Below, one piece after another: positions 1 to 12,175 of a DNA stretch of 64,000 bases; the stretch's first letter is position 1, and every line of letters starts with the position of its first letter. The translations under genes and the position numbers were made by a program. The notes below the pieces were generated by a model, which was not told the origin of the DNA, searched no databases, and was given only the letters and a program-made list of their open reading frames with translations. The stretch lies in the NCBI GenBank assembly GCA_047495785.1, contig JBLDXI010000001.1:3224001-3288000 (forward strand). Direction: 5' to 3'. This stretch comes from Lepidodermella squamata. Its lineage: Eukaryota > Animalia > Gastrotricha.

Positions 1-779
1 GAGCAATGAGGTTATCACAGTGGCCTCTGATCAAACTGCTAAATGAATCTATCAGCTTAGCACCTGTAGCTCGAATTTCCTTTTCTACGTCATCAGCGTT
101 TCGGCCTATCTTGCCAAGTAAATCTTCAAGCCTGGGCTTCACAGTCAACTCAGCTTTCTCGCTCCGATTTTTCAACTAAATTCATCGAAGCATTAGAGAT
201 TATACATTTTCAAACAAAACTTGCCCACTCATTTATGAAGTGAATTTCGCCTCGAACCAATTCAAGATGAGCGACAAAGCAAAGTGAGCAAAACTGAACG
301 TAACAGTGCGGACAAATTTTCGAATTTGCATCACCATGAGCCGCCTGATGTGGACATGTTTCGCCAATTCGCGCTTTCTTGGCACTTTGAACCTCTTCCT
401 TCAAAACATCGACCGCTCTTTTTACAGCGATGTTAGCTGTAAAGATTCAAGTGCATCATCATTCAGGAGAAAACATGAAATCATGGGGAAATGTATTACG
501 CTTGATGGATTCCACACTTCCTTGACAGCGACACTCAGGGCATGCTATTTTTCCTCGTTGCGGTAATGAATCTACAATTTTCTTGATGCAACTCGAACAA
601 AACGAATGACCGCATTGAGACAACATTTTAGGATCTTCTGCCAAATCGAGGCAAATCGAGCAAGTCAACGCCTGTGCACAGAATAGCTGATCAAATTAGA
701 AGAGAGATGGACTAGATTTTTGTACCTCCTCAATACCCCGACTTGGTCCCGGCAAACTGGTACTGCTCGAGGAGGTCAT
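1..779 (-). CDS. TRIM-like protein (RING, degenerate B-box, coiled coil), copy 1; 3' part runs off the left edge
   Basis: ATG 779; exon 1 779-726 (MTSSSSTSLPGPSRGIEE), GT-AG intron, exon 2 from 671 with C3HC4 RING CSIC...CGHSFCSSC...CPEC; B-box-like CPH...CPHC...CSLC...H in ORF 210-404; same exon layout as copies 2 and 3. Confidence 0.85.
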
Positions 780-849
780 AACAAAATTCTTTCTAATGAA
801 AACAACAGAATTTCAATACACACGTAGGAAAAAATTGTTTAAAAAAATT

Positions 850-3407
850 TCAGCGATTAATTTTCCCGCAGTTCAGAATCGCAATCATGTCATTCATCAA
901 GTTTCGGGGGAACTCAGCTTTCCCAACGTTGCATGGCCTTCTACCGGCTTTATTGCGGTGCTTCAAAAGCTGGCGAGAAGCATCAAGTTTCAGAAGGCTG
1001 GAGACAACATCTACGGAACCGCTCTCCACGGCCAAATGTAGCACATTATTACCATTATCGTCAATATTACCCAAATTGGCGTTTTTACTCAGCAGATAAT
1101 TAAAAGATATTACGAAGTTCTTCTTCGCGCATTCGAATAGAGCGGTAGTCTGATGTGACTGCCGAGTTGCGACATCAACAGGGAGGTGACATTTTTCAAC
1201 GAAGTATTGAAGCATCTCTTTCAAAGAAGCGTCATCAGTGGCACCCAAAACCGCGCAATGAATCAAGTTGTTACCGACACCAAAATACCCATAGATGGCA
1301 TCAGGGCATTTCTCGACCAAATATTTAACAATAGGCAAGTAGCAAGATGCAGCTGCATAGTGCAAGGGCGAGCGGTCAGAGCCACAAAGAAGGGCTAAAT
1401 TTGCACCACGCTCTACTAAGAGTTTCACAGCTGCTAAATTACGACTAGAAGCTGCGAGGTGAATAGGAAACAGCGTTTCAAATCTGTCACTGAAGCATTC
1501 GAAATCTGTTATCATCAACAACTCTTTCATCACATCAACACAACCCAACTTGCAAGCTAAAATGAACGCAGTTTCGCCCTGTTGGGTTTTCGCCGACAAT
1601 ACTCCTGGATTCTTTTCAGCCAGAATTCTAACAGCTTGCGGGTAATTCCTTGCAGTTGCTATGTGAATCGGGAGGTAACCATCAGGTCCGGCGGTGAGCA
1701 TATCGGCGCCATGATTCAACAGAACTTGAACCATACTGCTGTTACCCGAGTCACAAGCTATACAAAGTGCAGTTTTTCCTTCAGCTTTCAAATCCACAAT
1801 CTCTTTCAAGGCATCAGAAATAATAGTCAATGGGTTGCCATGGGCAGCCATATCATGCAACACAGTTCTACCCTTCGAGTCTGAAATCGAAGCTACGGAC
1901 GGATCGATAGCCAGCAAAAACTCGAGAATCTGTGGAAAATCTGCGGCCAGGTGGCAAGCGGTTTTGCCGGCAGAGTCCAAACATTTCAGATCGCACTGAG
2001 AAAGATTAGCCAGCAATTCAACTGATTCGAGTGAACCGGACGCAACGGCTTGAAGCAGGAGAGTTCGCTGCGAATCGGTCTCGTCTCGATGCCGAAGGAT
2101 GATACTCAAGCCTGGTGCAGGCAATTTCGATAGCAGTGTCTTCAACAACTCAGAATTTCCCGACGAAGCAGCTTCATGAAACTCGAGATATATGTATTCC
2201 TTCAATAGAAATGCTTTGATGCGCGATATGAAAGTTCCCGCGAACAAACCTTGGTATTAATATACTCAATGTCATCTTCGTCAAAGTACATTGTGAAACA
2301 GTTTTCCAGCTTTTTGCGAGTTATGTCGACGAAATCTTGGCGTAGCTCAACGCAGAATCGCTCTTTCATTGCTGCACATCGATCGATTTCAAGCATATCC
2401 TTTACCTAATGCGCAGAATTGGTCAACTTTCAATCTTCGAAGTGTATACAAAGAGTTGCAAAACCAACCTCTCCGCACTTAGAAAACACAATGTCATGCA
2501 GATGCGCAAAATCTTCGCCAGAGTTGAACAGGAGTGGGGCTTCCATTACTTGTTTGGTCAGCTTGCACCGTTCGCTGTCGTCCGAGTCAACCTGCTGAAC
2601 AATCGATTGCACGGATTCCAATTGCTCAATCTTGATTCCTTCGACTCTAGCAATCAGGCTATCGCAGCGTTTTTCGATCAATTCCTGGAGAGATGCGATT
2701 AGTTCTTTGCCCGCTTCTCGGATTTCTTCCTTTGCTTTCGCAGCTCTTTCCTCTAACATGGCGGAGACTGCTTCGAAACGTTTCTTCGCGTGTATAGCCG
2801 CTGTTTCACCTCGGCTCTCAAGCTGAAGGGGGTGGAAAATTTGCATTGCAGCAATAGCTCGTTATCAGATTTACCCAGCCATTCGCAAAGCATATTTCAC
2901 TGCGAACCAGTTCGAGATGTGCGATGAAACAAGACGGGCAAAACTGGCTAGTACAATGCCGACATGACTTAATGTTTGGCTTTGATAGCGTCACTAAATG
3001 AAGGCACGACTCGCCGATTTTTGCTCGCTTCAAACCGTCATTTTCATCCTTCAAAACGTCTACCGCACGTTTTATAGCAATATTCGCTATAGAAGAGATG
3101 TAAAAAATTATTTTTCCCGCAACATAGAGTTAAACCCACATTTTATAGAATTAACCGTCCCAACACTACGGCACTCAGGGCAAGATATATTTCCTGCCTG
3201 TGGCACCTGGTCAATTATTTTCTTGATGCAACCCGCGCAGAAAGAATGGCCACATTGTGGCAACACTTTGGGATCTTCGGCCAAATCGAGACAGACCGGG
3301 CATGTTAGAGCCTAAAATATTTGAATCTTTCAAACAATTGCACAGCGGTAGCCTGACTAGCTTACCGCTTCGATGCTGCGACTTGTTCTTGGCAAACTGT
3401 CATTCAT
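850..3407 (-). CDS. TRIM-like RING/B-box/coiled-coil protein with C-terminal ankyrin repeats, copy 2 (multi-exon)
   Basis: ATG 3407; RING CPVC...CGHSFCAGC...CPEC (~3311-3150); B-box-like ORF 2818-3054; coiled-coil ORF 2430-2846; phase-0 introns join KCGE|VKDMLEIDRC and INTK|EYIYLEF (intron 2249-2200) to about 11-12 ankyrin repeats (GKTACHLAA, GKTALCIAC, GNNVLHLAV). Confidence 0.88.
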
Positions 3408-3437
3408 AACTCTAGTAAATTGAAAATTAAAGATTTA

Positions 3438-6400
3438 TTACGTTCGAACTGGATTCGCACCAGTAGTTGTAAAAGCTTGATCTGGAATATTATCAAATTC
3501 TTCAAAATTAAGATATCTTTTCAGCATTTCCGGAATGGGCAGTGACTCAATAATTTTGGGCCGCTTGAAAGCACCCCTAGGCAGCAAATTAAGAAAGACT
3601 TTGCGCGATATAGCTTGAAGCGATTGCGGAAATCGGGTCAGAAAAGCTCTGAAAACCTCCTTATCGCGCCGACTTTTCCCTTTGTGCAATAAGGACAACC
3701 CAGAAGATGGGTACGGGATTTGACGACGATCGAATTCAACAAAAATGCTGATTATAGCTGGACTGACCGGCAAATAGGTGTGAACCCCTGGGTTAGGTCG
3801 GTAGCCAGCTCTCAGAAACAGAAGCAAGGCTTTCGTAGCTCGCTTCTTCCGAACAAGGGGCCAAGCAAATTGCCGGGCTGTCGTATCCATTATTTTGGCG
3901 ATTGCGATATTTGGCCGATAATCGCCTGCTGCTTTGAATAATAACTCAGCGAATTCATCGTCGTAAGCTGCGTAAGCAGGTAATTGCTGGAGAACTTCAA
4001 TGGAAATGAAAGAACGCGAAGGGTCGATACATGGCTCTTTCTGGGATCTTAAGACCGATTTCAGAATAGGAACTATACGGGACTTGTCGTAGGAATCATC
4101 GTCATCGAATCTCTGCAAGAGTAAGCAGAAAGGATGATTGCGTAGATCGCCTCGTTCGAATGAATCATGCAGAGGAGCACCTAAAATTAAAAAGCAAAAA
4201 TATATAATTCGGGTACGGATTCAATAAGCGAGCGTTGAAATTGAAGTTACTGTACCCATCTATATAAAAGTACAACCTTTTTAGTAGTCTTTACCCTGGT
4301 CTCTCATAATTAAACTGCATCTTTCTTTCAACGTGAAATTTCGCCCGTTAGCTGAAACTAGCTGCGAGCAATTGTGTCTAGGTTTTTCGATCTGGTTGGA
4401 AATGAACATTTTTAAACGACTGGACGTGAAGATTGCAAGATTCCAATCGTGTTCATGGACACCTGGTTTTCGCCAAACCCCTTCCTCTTTCGCCGCTTGT
4501 TGACCGAGGAGACCTACGCTGGAACCGTCGCGCCAACCGACTTGTCCTGGATCTGAGTGTTGTCATCACTGCAAAACAGAAGCTGCCGCGCGGCGAAAGT
4601 CAATTCAAGTACGGCGGTCAGTTGCTATTCCAGAGTTGGCAAGACGGCAAAGTTGTCAACTTCGTTTCAACTTGTCATGCTGGATGGCCGCATGAGAAAG
4701 TCGAACGAAAGCAAAACGATGGCAAGCCGGCCATGATTTCCTGTCCTCCTGTGGTTCCTGACTACCAGGCTCACATGCGTTGCGTTAAAGTTGCCGAGCG
4801 CCGGCGCCAGTCTTACGATTGTTCAATTCCTGGTAAGAAATGATTCCGGCCCCTAATATGCTACGGCATCGAGCAGGCCATCTGCAATGCCTAGAGGTTG
4901 CTTTTACCGAGGTGATTGGTAACCCGCATTTTCCGACTTTACTCTTCCGGCGACAGCTTATCGACGAGCTGCTCGAGGCGGGCGGTGGTCGGCCGTTGGC
5001 GGTGACGAAAGCAAGAAAGATCGGCGAGCGACTTGACCCGCTGACAAAAACCGATGCCTGGATGTCTGGTGGTCTGGTGGTTAGTCAACAACTTGAAAGT
5101 CTAATGAAAACTATTATTTTTTCTATTTTTAATAGATCGGGATCTTCAGCCCACTCACAACTGGAAACTCGCCACGAGATGCTTAGCGAGCTGCTTCGAA
5201 GCCTGACGGACTAACGACTTCTGGGCGAACTTAACGTGCTAAGCGATGTATTGTCGGAAATATCTGAAAATCTTGCACGCCGATATAAGCTTGGTCGCGC
5301 ATCGAAAGCTGTTCGGCTGTGCTCGGCCATTTCCTTGTCAAGGATGGACCCTGTTTGGAGGAATTCAAACTGTCGGTCGGCAAAGATGGGTGCTTCAAGG
5401 ATGTCCCGTCTCTCATCGCAAAGACGCAAAATTGGCTCAAAAAATGTTCAACAAGATGATATTGAACATGACAGGGCTAGTGGATGTTAAGTCTTGCAGT
5501 AAACATCGATTCGACCCAAAGCTGCCCTTGCTGACTCTGACTATGGCATTGAGCTCATCGCTCGCGATGCGTTTCGATCAAGTGAAAAACCTTCTATGAC
5601 CAAGTACAAGCGCAGCTATATACTACTGATAGACCCAATGTATTTTTGTGTTGTATCTACCTGATTCTAGTTTTATTATGGCTGTTCCTCGGACCGGATT
5701 CTTATTGCTGATCTCCCTGAAGAAAAAACTCAGAAAAACGCGAAAAAACGCAAGGCTGAAGGTGAAGACGGCGGCGGAGCCAGCAAGCCAATGAAATAAG
5801 CAACAATCGACAATGACAAAGAGGCTTGGACCACACAATTGTAAATACTTTAAATTGTCAGTGCTCTTGATAATTTGAGATTAAACAAGTTAAAGATTGA
5901 AATTGAATGTGTTCTCTTCACATGTTAAAAGCCTTAAATTTTAGTCGTCTGAAATTGGCTTGGGTCAACGTACAACATGTTACACGTGATACAAATGAGA
6001 CTCCTTGACATGACTTTTTCTTAGCACTGTAGCAACGTCATTTCATCTTGCCCGATGAAAAGCCTGGCCTGGGTAAAAAACCCCGGAAGCGTACATTGTG
6101 TAAGTATTCTTACACGATTAAAATAAGTTTTCAGCAAGACGATTTTTCCGTTAGGTTTAAGTTCCTCATTTCCTTTATGATAAATTAAAATGCGAAATAG
6201 TAAATTACCGTTATTGATAAATAACTCGATTACTTCCATTGACGCATTTCGATCATGAAGGTAAGCCGCCATGACACAGGCTGGTAAAGTATCGCTCATT
6301 CTTTGGGCGATTCTCTGAATCAAACCAAGTTCCATATGCTGGGACAGCAAAATTGACAGCAAAATATGAACTTCGGGTGAATATGTCATTTTAGCAGAAT

Positions 6401-6800
6401 CATCGCAATTCTTATCATTGAACAGATTTGAAGTTATATAATCAACAAATAAATCGATGATGGCCGAGCAAAGTGTAGCAAATTCATCTGAGGTCATGGC
6501 CTTCATGGCATCACGACGGATCACTGCCGCCAAATCGTTTTTCAGCTCTGAATATTTGTGATTCGACAATCGAACCAGTTGCGGGTTCAAAATTGATGCT
6601 AGAATAACCGAAAAGTCGTGATCAATTGTCTTCGATCCTTTGCCACCGCCGCCTTGATTCCATTTCTTCGTGCCGAATTGATTCGCGATTTTGGCAATGT
6701 ACTTGCGGGCGGTGTTGAATATATCCTCAGCGAATGACTTCTTGGCAAATGGACATTTTGCCTCGCAAATCAGGTCGGCATGGGCGATAATCCGATTCAT
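3438..6800 (-). CDS. Divergent SOCS-box protein, paralogue A (exons 6800-6209 and 4180-3438)
   Basis: Phase-1 donor AACG|GTAATT and acceptor TTTTAG|GT join in frame (NNG-APLHDS). C-terminus PQSLQAISRK...SLPIPEMLKRYL fits BC box plus cullin-5 box. N-terminus LICEAKC...YSPE...PACVM aligns by eye with paralogues B-D. Confidence 0.8.
4560..4980 (+). mobile_element. Decayed piggyBac (PGBD-like) transposase fragment in the intron of paralogue A
   Basis: WQDGKVVNFVSTCH...CPPVVPDYQAHMRCVKVAERRRQSY...KK*, then FRRQLIDELL, matches the piggyBac DDE C-terminal pattern (W-D-K-V--LST-H; P--V-DYN--MGGVD--DQ). Catalytic Asp lost; internal stops. Confidence 0.75.
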
Positions 6801-6873
6801 TTAAAATAAGTTAACAGCCTACATTGCAGCAAAAACTTCAATCTAAGACAAAGGAAACTATTACAGGAAAGGA

Positions 6874-6902
6874 GACCGCCGAGAGTGTTGACCGCCGAGA
6901 GT
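6874..6902. repeat. 13-bp direct repeat GACCGCCGAGAGT x2 upstream of paralogue A
   Basis: Exact copies at 6874-6886 and 6890-6902, about 75-100 nt upstream of ATG 6800. Confidence 0.7.
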
Positions 6903-7415
6903 CTTCTGACCCTAAAATTCAGGTTTTTTTGCGAATAGCACAATAGTACTTCAAAAATCGACTGAAAAACAGATTAACGCGCTGGTAGAAACAAAAATAA
7001 TAAAAAAATATATGTATCATATCTATGAAAGTTGCTATAGTTCGGCGATCGTCACTGGAGCAGTCAGCTACTGTGCTGCAAATTTTTGTCTTTTTCTCTA
7101 TAATGAACTTTTCGAAGAGTCTAATTGAGAATAGTCTGAACGCGAGCAATTCGGAATTCTAACAATGGATAACTAAACCCTAGTTCGGATCCGTATCCAC
7201 ACCAAGAACGGTCGACCGGAGATTGGTCAACCGACTTCGCCCTTTTTCGCCCTTCCTCTCTCAGTCCAGTCGATGCTAATGACAAGAGCAGCAGTAAGCA
7301 GCGGGTGGCTGCTTCAAAAAACACACCTCCTGAAACCCCTGCTTGGGCCGTTGCCATGGAAAGCCGAATCACCGGCTGCTTTGAAGGGCTAATTAATTCC
7401 ATAGCGAAAGCCCAG

Positions 7416-7885
7416 GGGTGTGTTTTTTAAGTCCGGTCTGAAAGAAGTTCAGTTGGTTCGACTCTTTTTTGAACGGTCTGAAGGCGTCATGTGCTGCACG
7501 TGCCGTGAAAAGGGTGAAGACCAAGAAGACCGTGTTGCCAAAATATCAAGTGAAACGGGGTGGCTAGTTAAAATAAATTCATCTCAGAAATGACCAAAAA
7601 TTACCACAACTTCATTCAAAGGAGCATGGATGATGATGGGAGGATGTGGTCGTATGAACACCGTTCACTTCTAGAACTTGTTGGCAAATTTTTAGGGGTT
7701 TTGCAGTTGAATTTTACTCAGGTTCCAATTTAACTGGTCACCCCATTTCACTTGATATTGTGGCAATACTGTCTTCTTAGTGTTCACCCTTTTCACGGCA
7801 CGTGCAGCACATGACGCCTTCAGACCGTTCAAAAAAGAGTCGAACCAACTGAACTTCTTTCAGACCGGACTTAATAAACACACCC
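7416..7885. mobile_element. PIF/Harbinger-like MITE with ~155-bp terminal inverted repeats and 3-bp CAG target-site duplication
   Basis: GGGTGTGTTTTTTAAGTCCGGTCTGAAAG... at 7416 mirrored by ...CTTTCAGACCGGACTTAATAAACACACCC ending 7885; CAG at 7413-7415 and 7886-7888; no internal ORF. Confidence 0.85.
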
Positions 7886-7898
7886 CAGGTAGAAGAAT

Positions 7899-8500
7899 TT
7901 GAAAGAGTTCACGGCAGACTATCAACTTTCAAGACGGAAAGCATTTGCGGAATGGCATTACGCTAATGCAGCGTTACATTTGATTCATTTAATGCAGCGT
8001 TTCCTGCTTTCATTTTTTAAGCTATCGCGTGGCAGTTGCGCACATTGCGAACCGCCAGGATGTTGTCGCAAGTACCCAACAGGGGCGTTCGGCAAGCAAA
8101 GTTCAATAAGCCGCCCCAAAAAATACTTCGAGCTATTTCCGGAGGAGGAAATCTCCGCACCACCGAAAATGGGTCCTCCAAAAACCAACAACTTTTTTAA
8201 TAGTTGGTTAGGAAACGAAGGGTTCCTTCCCGACCACCAATTCGGATTTCGCCGAAGAAGATCCGCGGTAGATCCCTTGTTTAGGCTAATCAGTAATACC
8301 GCATTGGTAATGGCGAGACACCTTAAACTAGTCGCCGCTGCTCTCGATTTTCGTGCTGCGTTCAACTGCGTGTGGCACGACGGTTTGAGAACCTGAATTC
8401 TCCGTTGAAGTAGAAGACGAGTCCCAAAAATGGAACGGAGTCCCGCAAGGAAACCCCCTATCCCCTCTTTTTGCCTTTATTTTTCTACCTCAGATATGCA
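7899..8500 (+). mobile_element. Degenerate non-LTR (LINE, Jockey/I-like) reverse-transcriptase fragment
   Basis: FLPDHQFGFRRRRSA...AALDFRAAFNCVWHDGL followed by NGVPQGNPLSP (~8434-8466); internal deletions and a stop. Confidence 0.8.
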
Positions 8501-8957
8501 GGATAGAGCTTTCGCACCAAACGATGCGTTTGCCGCTGGATCGGTCGCTTGAACGACCCTTGCCACTGTCGCTCTCAGGTCTAACGGGGTCGCCTGCCGC
8601 CGCCTCAGATCGCAGATCGCAGCAACTTTACAAAAATGGCGAGCAATTTTTCATCGAAATCAAAATCCATCAGAAATCTTCGATCAAAGCATTTGGATCT
8701 GTATCCACTACGCGATCGAATCATTTGCCAAGTGAAGTTAGGGTCGCAACAATTCAAGATGAGCGAACTCCAGAATTTATTCCTAATGCCAAACACATCT
8801 TATAGTGTACCGAGTACCAGCGAAAGGTATTACTTCAAGCAATTGTAAATATAATCTTTTCTGAGAGATTGAGTTTGAAATTGCAAGTTGCAAGAGAGAG
8901 ATTTGAGCTAATTAATAATGGAAAAAGCACAACGTGAATGGACATTTCAATGAAACG

Positions 8958-11503
8958 TTACTTCAAAATAGCCGTCATCTCATTTATCAAGCTTTTGGGA
9001 AAATCAGCTTTAGCAACGTCGATTGGCATTTTACCGGCTCGATTTCTGTGCCGCAAAAGTTGTGGAGCAACATCCAGCTTTAGCAGACTGGATACGACGT
9101 CAAGCGAACCGTTGTAAACAGCCAAATGAAGCGCGTTATTGCCATTGCCATCAACTGTTGCCATATTAGCTTCTTTACTCAGCAGGTAATCGAAACAAAG
9201 AGGTAAATTTCTTCTTGCACATATCTGTAAAGCCGTAGATGGATTAGGCCCCCGTGTCGCAATATCAACAGGAACTTCACATTTCTCGACCAAATATCGC
9301 AGAAGCTCTTTCAGGGAAGAATCATCACAAGGGCCCGTGAGCGCGCAGTGAATAGCGTGGTGACCTTGACCGGTGAACTCTTTCAGAGTAGCAGGGCATT
9401 TCTCAATCAAATATTGAAGGATTGGCAAGCAGCCGTGGTTGGCTGCGTAATGTATGGGAAGCCGCTTCGCGCCACAAGCGAGCGTCAAATCAGCACCGTG
9501 TTCGGCTAAGAGTTTGACAGCATCCAAATTATGACTGGAAACTGCACAGTGTGTAGCAGAGCAAGCCTCATATCCTTCAGAGACGCATTTGCTATATGTG
9601 GCAGCCAAAAAGCGTTTCATAACCTCTTTAAATCCTAGTCGGCATGCAAAAATGAACGGGGTCTCGCCGCGTTGGTTTTTCGCCGCCATAACCTCGCGAT
9701 TCTTTTCAACCATCAACCCAACGATTCGGGCGTTATTCTTTGCAGTTGCGACGTGAATTGGAAGGAAGCTATCAGCACGGCCAATAAACATGTCGGCGCC
9801 ATGGTTCAACAAAAACCCAACCATTTCTTCATTTTGCTTATCGCAAGCTATGGATAGCGCTGTTTTCTCTTCAAATTTGAAATCCACTATTTTTGCGAGG
9901 ACGTCGTGATGCCCAGCAATCGGCTTCCCGCGAGCGGCCATTTCATGCAGAACTGTACTGCCCGTTGAATCTACGACCAGGGCTATAGAAGGGTCGATAT
10001 CAAGTAGAAACTCGAGAATCTCTGGATAGCTCGCTGCCAAATGGCAAGCTGTTTTTCCGAGTGAATCAGTGCCTTTCAGATCGCGTTGCTCGCTATTTGC
10101 AAGGAGCTCAACAGATTCTAGCGACCCGGCCGCAGCGGCTTGAAGCAGGAGAGTTCGCTTGAAATCGGATTCATCTGGATGCCTGAGTACAAGATTCAAG
10201 CCGGGAGCTGTAACTTTTGACAACAGAGCCTTCAACATCTCAGCGTTACCAGACGAAGCTGCTCTGTGAAACTCGAGATACATGTAATCCTTGATTAATA
10301 AAAAAGAAGGTGTGAAGAAGATACCGTAGGACATCTCAAAGCAAACCTTGGCAATGAAACGCTCATTGTGTTCATTCTCATCCAGATTAACAGTGAAGCT
10401 GTCCACTAGTTTTCTTCGATTCAAATCGACAAAATCTGATCGACATGACACATAAAACTTCTCTTTCACCGCTGAGCAGCGATCGATTTCAAGCATTTCC
10501 GTCACCTAGCATAATCGCCAATTTTTCAAGTAAATAAAGAAAATCACAACCAACCTCTTGGCATCTTTCAGACACCAATTTGTGAAGTTGCACGAACCCT
10601 TCGCCTGAGTTGAACAACAGTGGAGCTTCAATGACTTTTTTCATCAACTTTTGACGTTCACTGTCGTCCGAACTCAACTTCCGAGAAATCCTTTGTACAG
10701 ATTCTAGCTGTTCCGCCTTCATTCCTTCAACCTTAGCAACCAGGCTATCGCAGTGCTTTTCAATTAGTTCCTGAAGCGAAGCGATTAGCTCTTTACCCGC
10801 CTCTCGAATTTCTTCCTTTGCTTTCGTGGCTTTGTCTTCAATTTTTGCGGTCACCGTATCGAGACGTTTCTCCACGTGTTGTGCCGCTGTTTCGCACCGA
10901 CTTTCTAGCTGGAAAAAGGGATATTCCGACGAACAAATTGCCGAATTAAAAACTTACCCAACCATTGCTGAAGCATATTTCACTACGAACTAGTTCCAGA
11001 TGTACAATGAAACACGACGGGCAAAACTGAACATCACAATGCCCGCAAGTCTTGATGTTTGACTTCGATAACATCGCCAAATGCTGACATGTTTCGCCGA
11101 TTTTCAATTTCTTCACAGAGTCATTCTCTTCCTTTAAAACCGCCACAGCCCTTTTCACGGCAATGTTAGCTAGAAAACGCCAGAACCATGATTTTCAGCA
11201 TTAGTGAATATTAAACTTATGCTTACGTTTAATGGAATTGACACTTCCTACACGGCGGCATTCAGGACAAGCGACATTTGCTGCTAGCGGCTGTTGCTCA
11301 ATAATTTTATTGATGCAAACCGAACAAAACGAATGACCACATTGCGATAACATTTTAGGGTCTTCGGCAAGGTCTAGACAGATCGAACAGGTTAACGCCT
11401 GCAATATCAAGGATATTTAGACGAGGAAATTCTTCATAATATATGCTTAGCATACAGCTTCAATGCTGCGGTTTGGATTAGGCAAAGTCTCATTTGTAGC
11501 CAT
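8958..11503 (-). CDS. TRIM-like RING/B-box/coiled-coil protein with C-terminal ankyrin repeats, copy 3 (multi-exon)
   Basis: ATG 11503 (MATNETLPNPNRSIEA|); RING in ORF 11201-11410; B-box-like ORF 10946-11158; coiled coil ORF 10489-10875; intron joins CQE|VTEMLEIDRC; 57-nt intron 10346-10290; ankyrin array to stop 8958; collinear with copy 2. Confidence 0.88.
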
Positions 11504-12175
11504 CTGACGGGTCGAACAGCTATATAATTATAATTTCTAAATAACATACAAAAGCAACAGCCCATGTCATAACTCGTTTAGGAAAATTTTATCGCTGAAT
11601 TCGAATTGAAAGCTTGAAGAGATCCTACTGGGGGCAGTCTGTGAGCAAGACAAGAGCCGACAGGTTCGGCCAAACTCTAGTCTAAGCTCAAAATCAAAAT
11701 TGGTACTTACAAGTAACGCTTGTGTATGTATATAAATCGAAAAAACTTCTCACGCTGGACCTTCTTCGAATGATTCCATAAGTTGGTAAGTTTGCGCGCT
11801 TTGTATTTAAAAATAAGTAACCTACGATCAAAATTCCAAACATCATTGAAACTGAAGTAAAAACACCTGCAACAATTCTTTCATTAGTTGCGTAGAAAAA
11901 ACTAAGATGAAATTCTTCGAGCTGAGCGACAACATACCAAAAATGAAAAACAGGCGAAGAAACGCGAAAGTATTCTTTTTTAAGCGCAAAAGCATGAAAG
12001 CTTTGAGACCAAAACTTGTTGAAGATGAGACATTCAAAGACGAATTCCGATTATCCATTTGAAACAGTTTAGAAATAACAACAATGAAGAATGGCAGTTG
12101 AATTATCAGAGCTAAAAAACGTGTTGGGCAAAGTGTTGTGCCCGAAACCACTTCAAAATAACGTTCGGTGACATT

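Noticed and set aside
8958-10505. Stand-alone 515-aa ankyrin gene as given in the ORF track
   Set aside because: Starts at GTG right after a splice acceptor and reads through a 57-nt stop-free intron; the matching intron in copy 2 is 50 nt and breaks frame, so this is the 3' part of the TRIM gene.
11843-12151. 102-aa hydrophobic ORF between SOCS-B and TRIM copy 3
   Set aside because: GTG start, low-complexity Phe/Leu content from AT-rich sequence, no motif.
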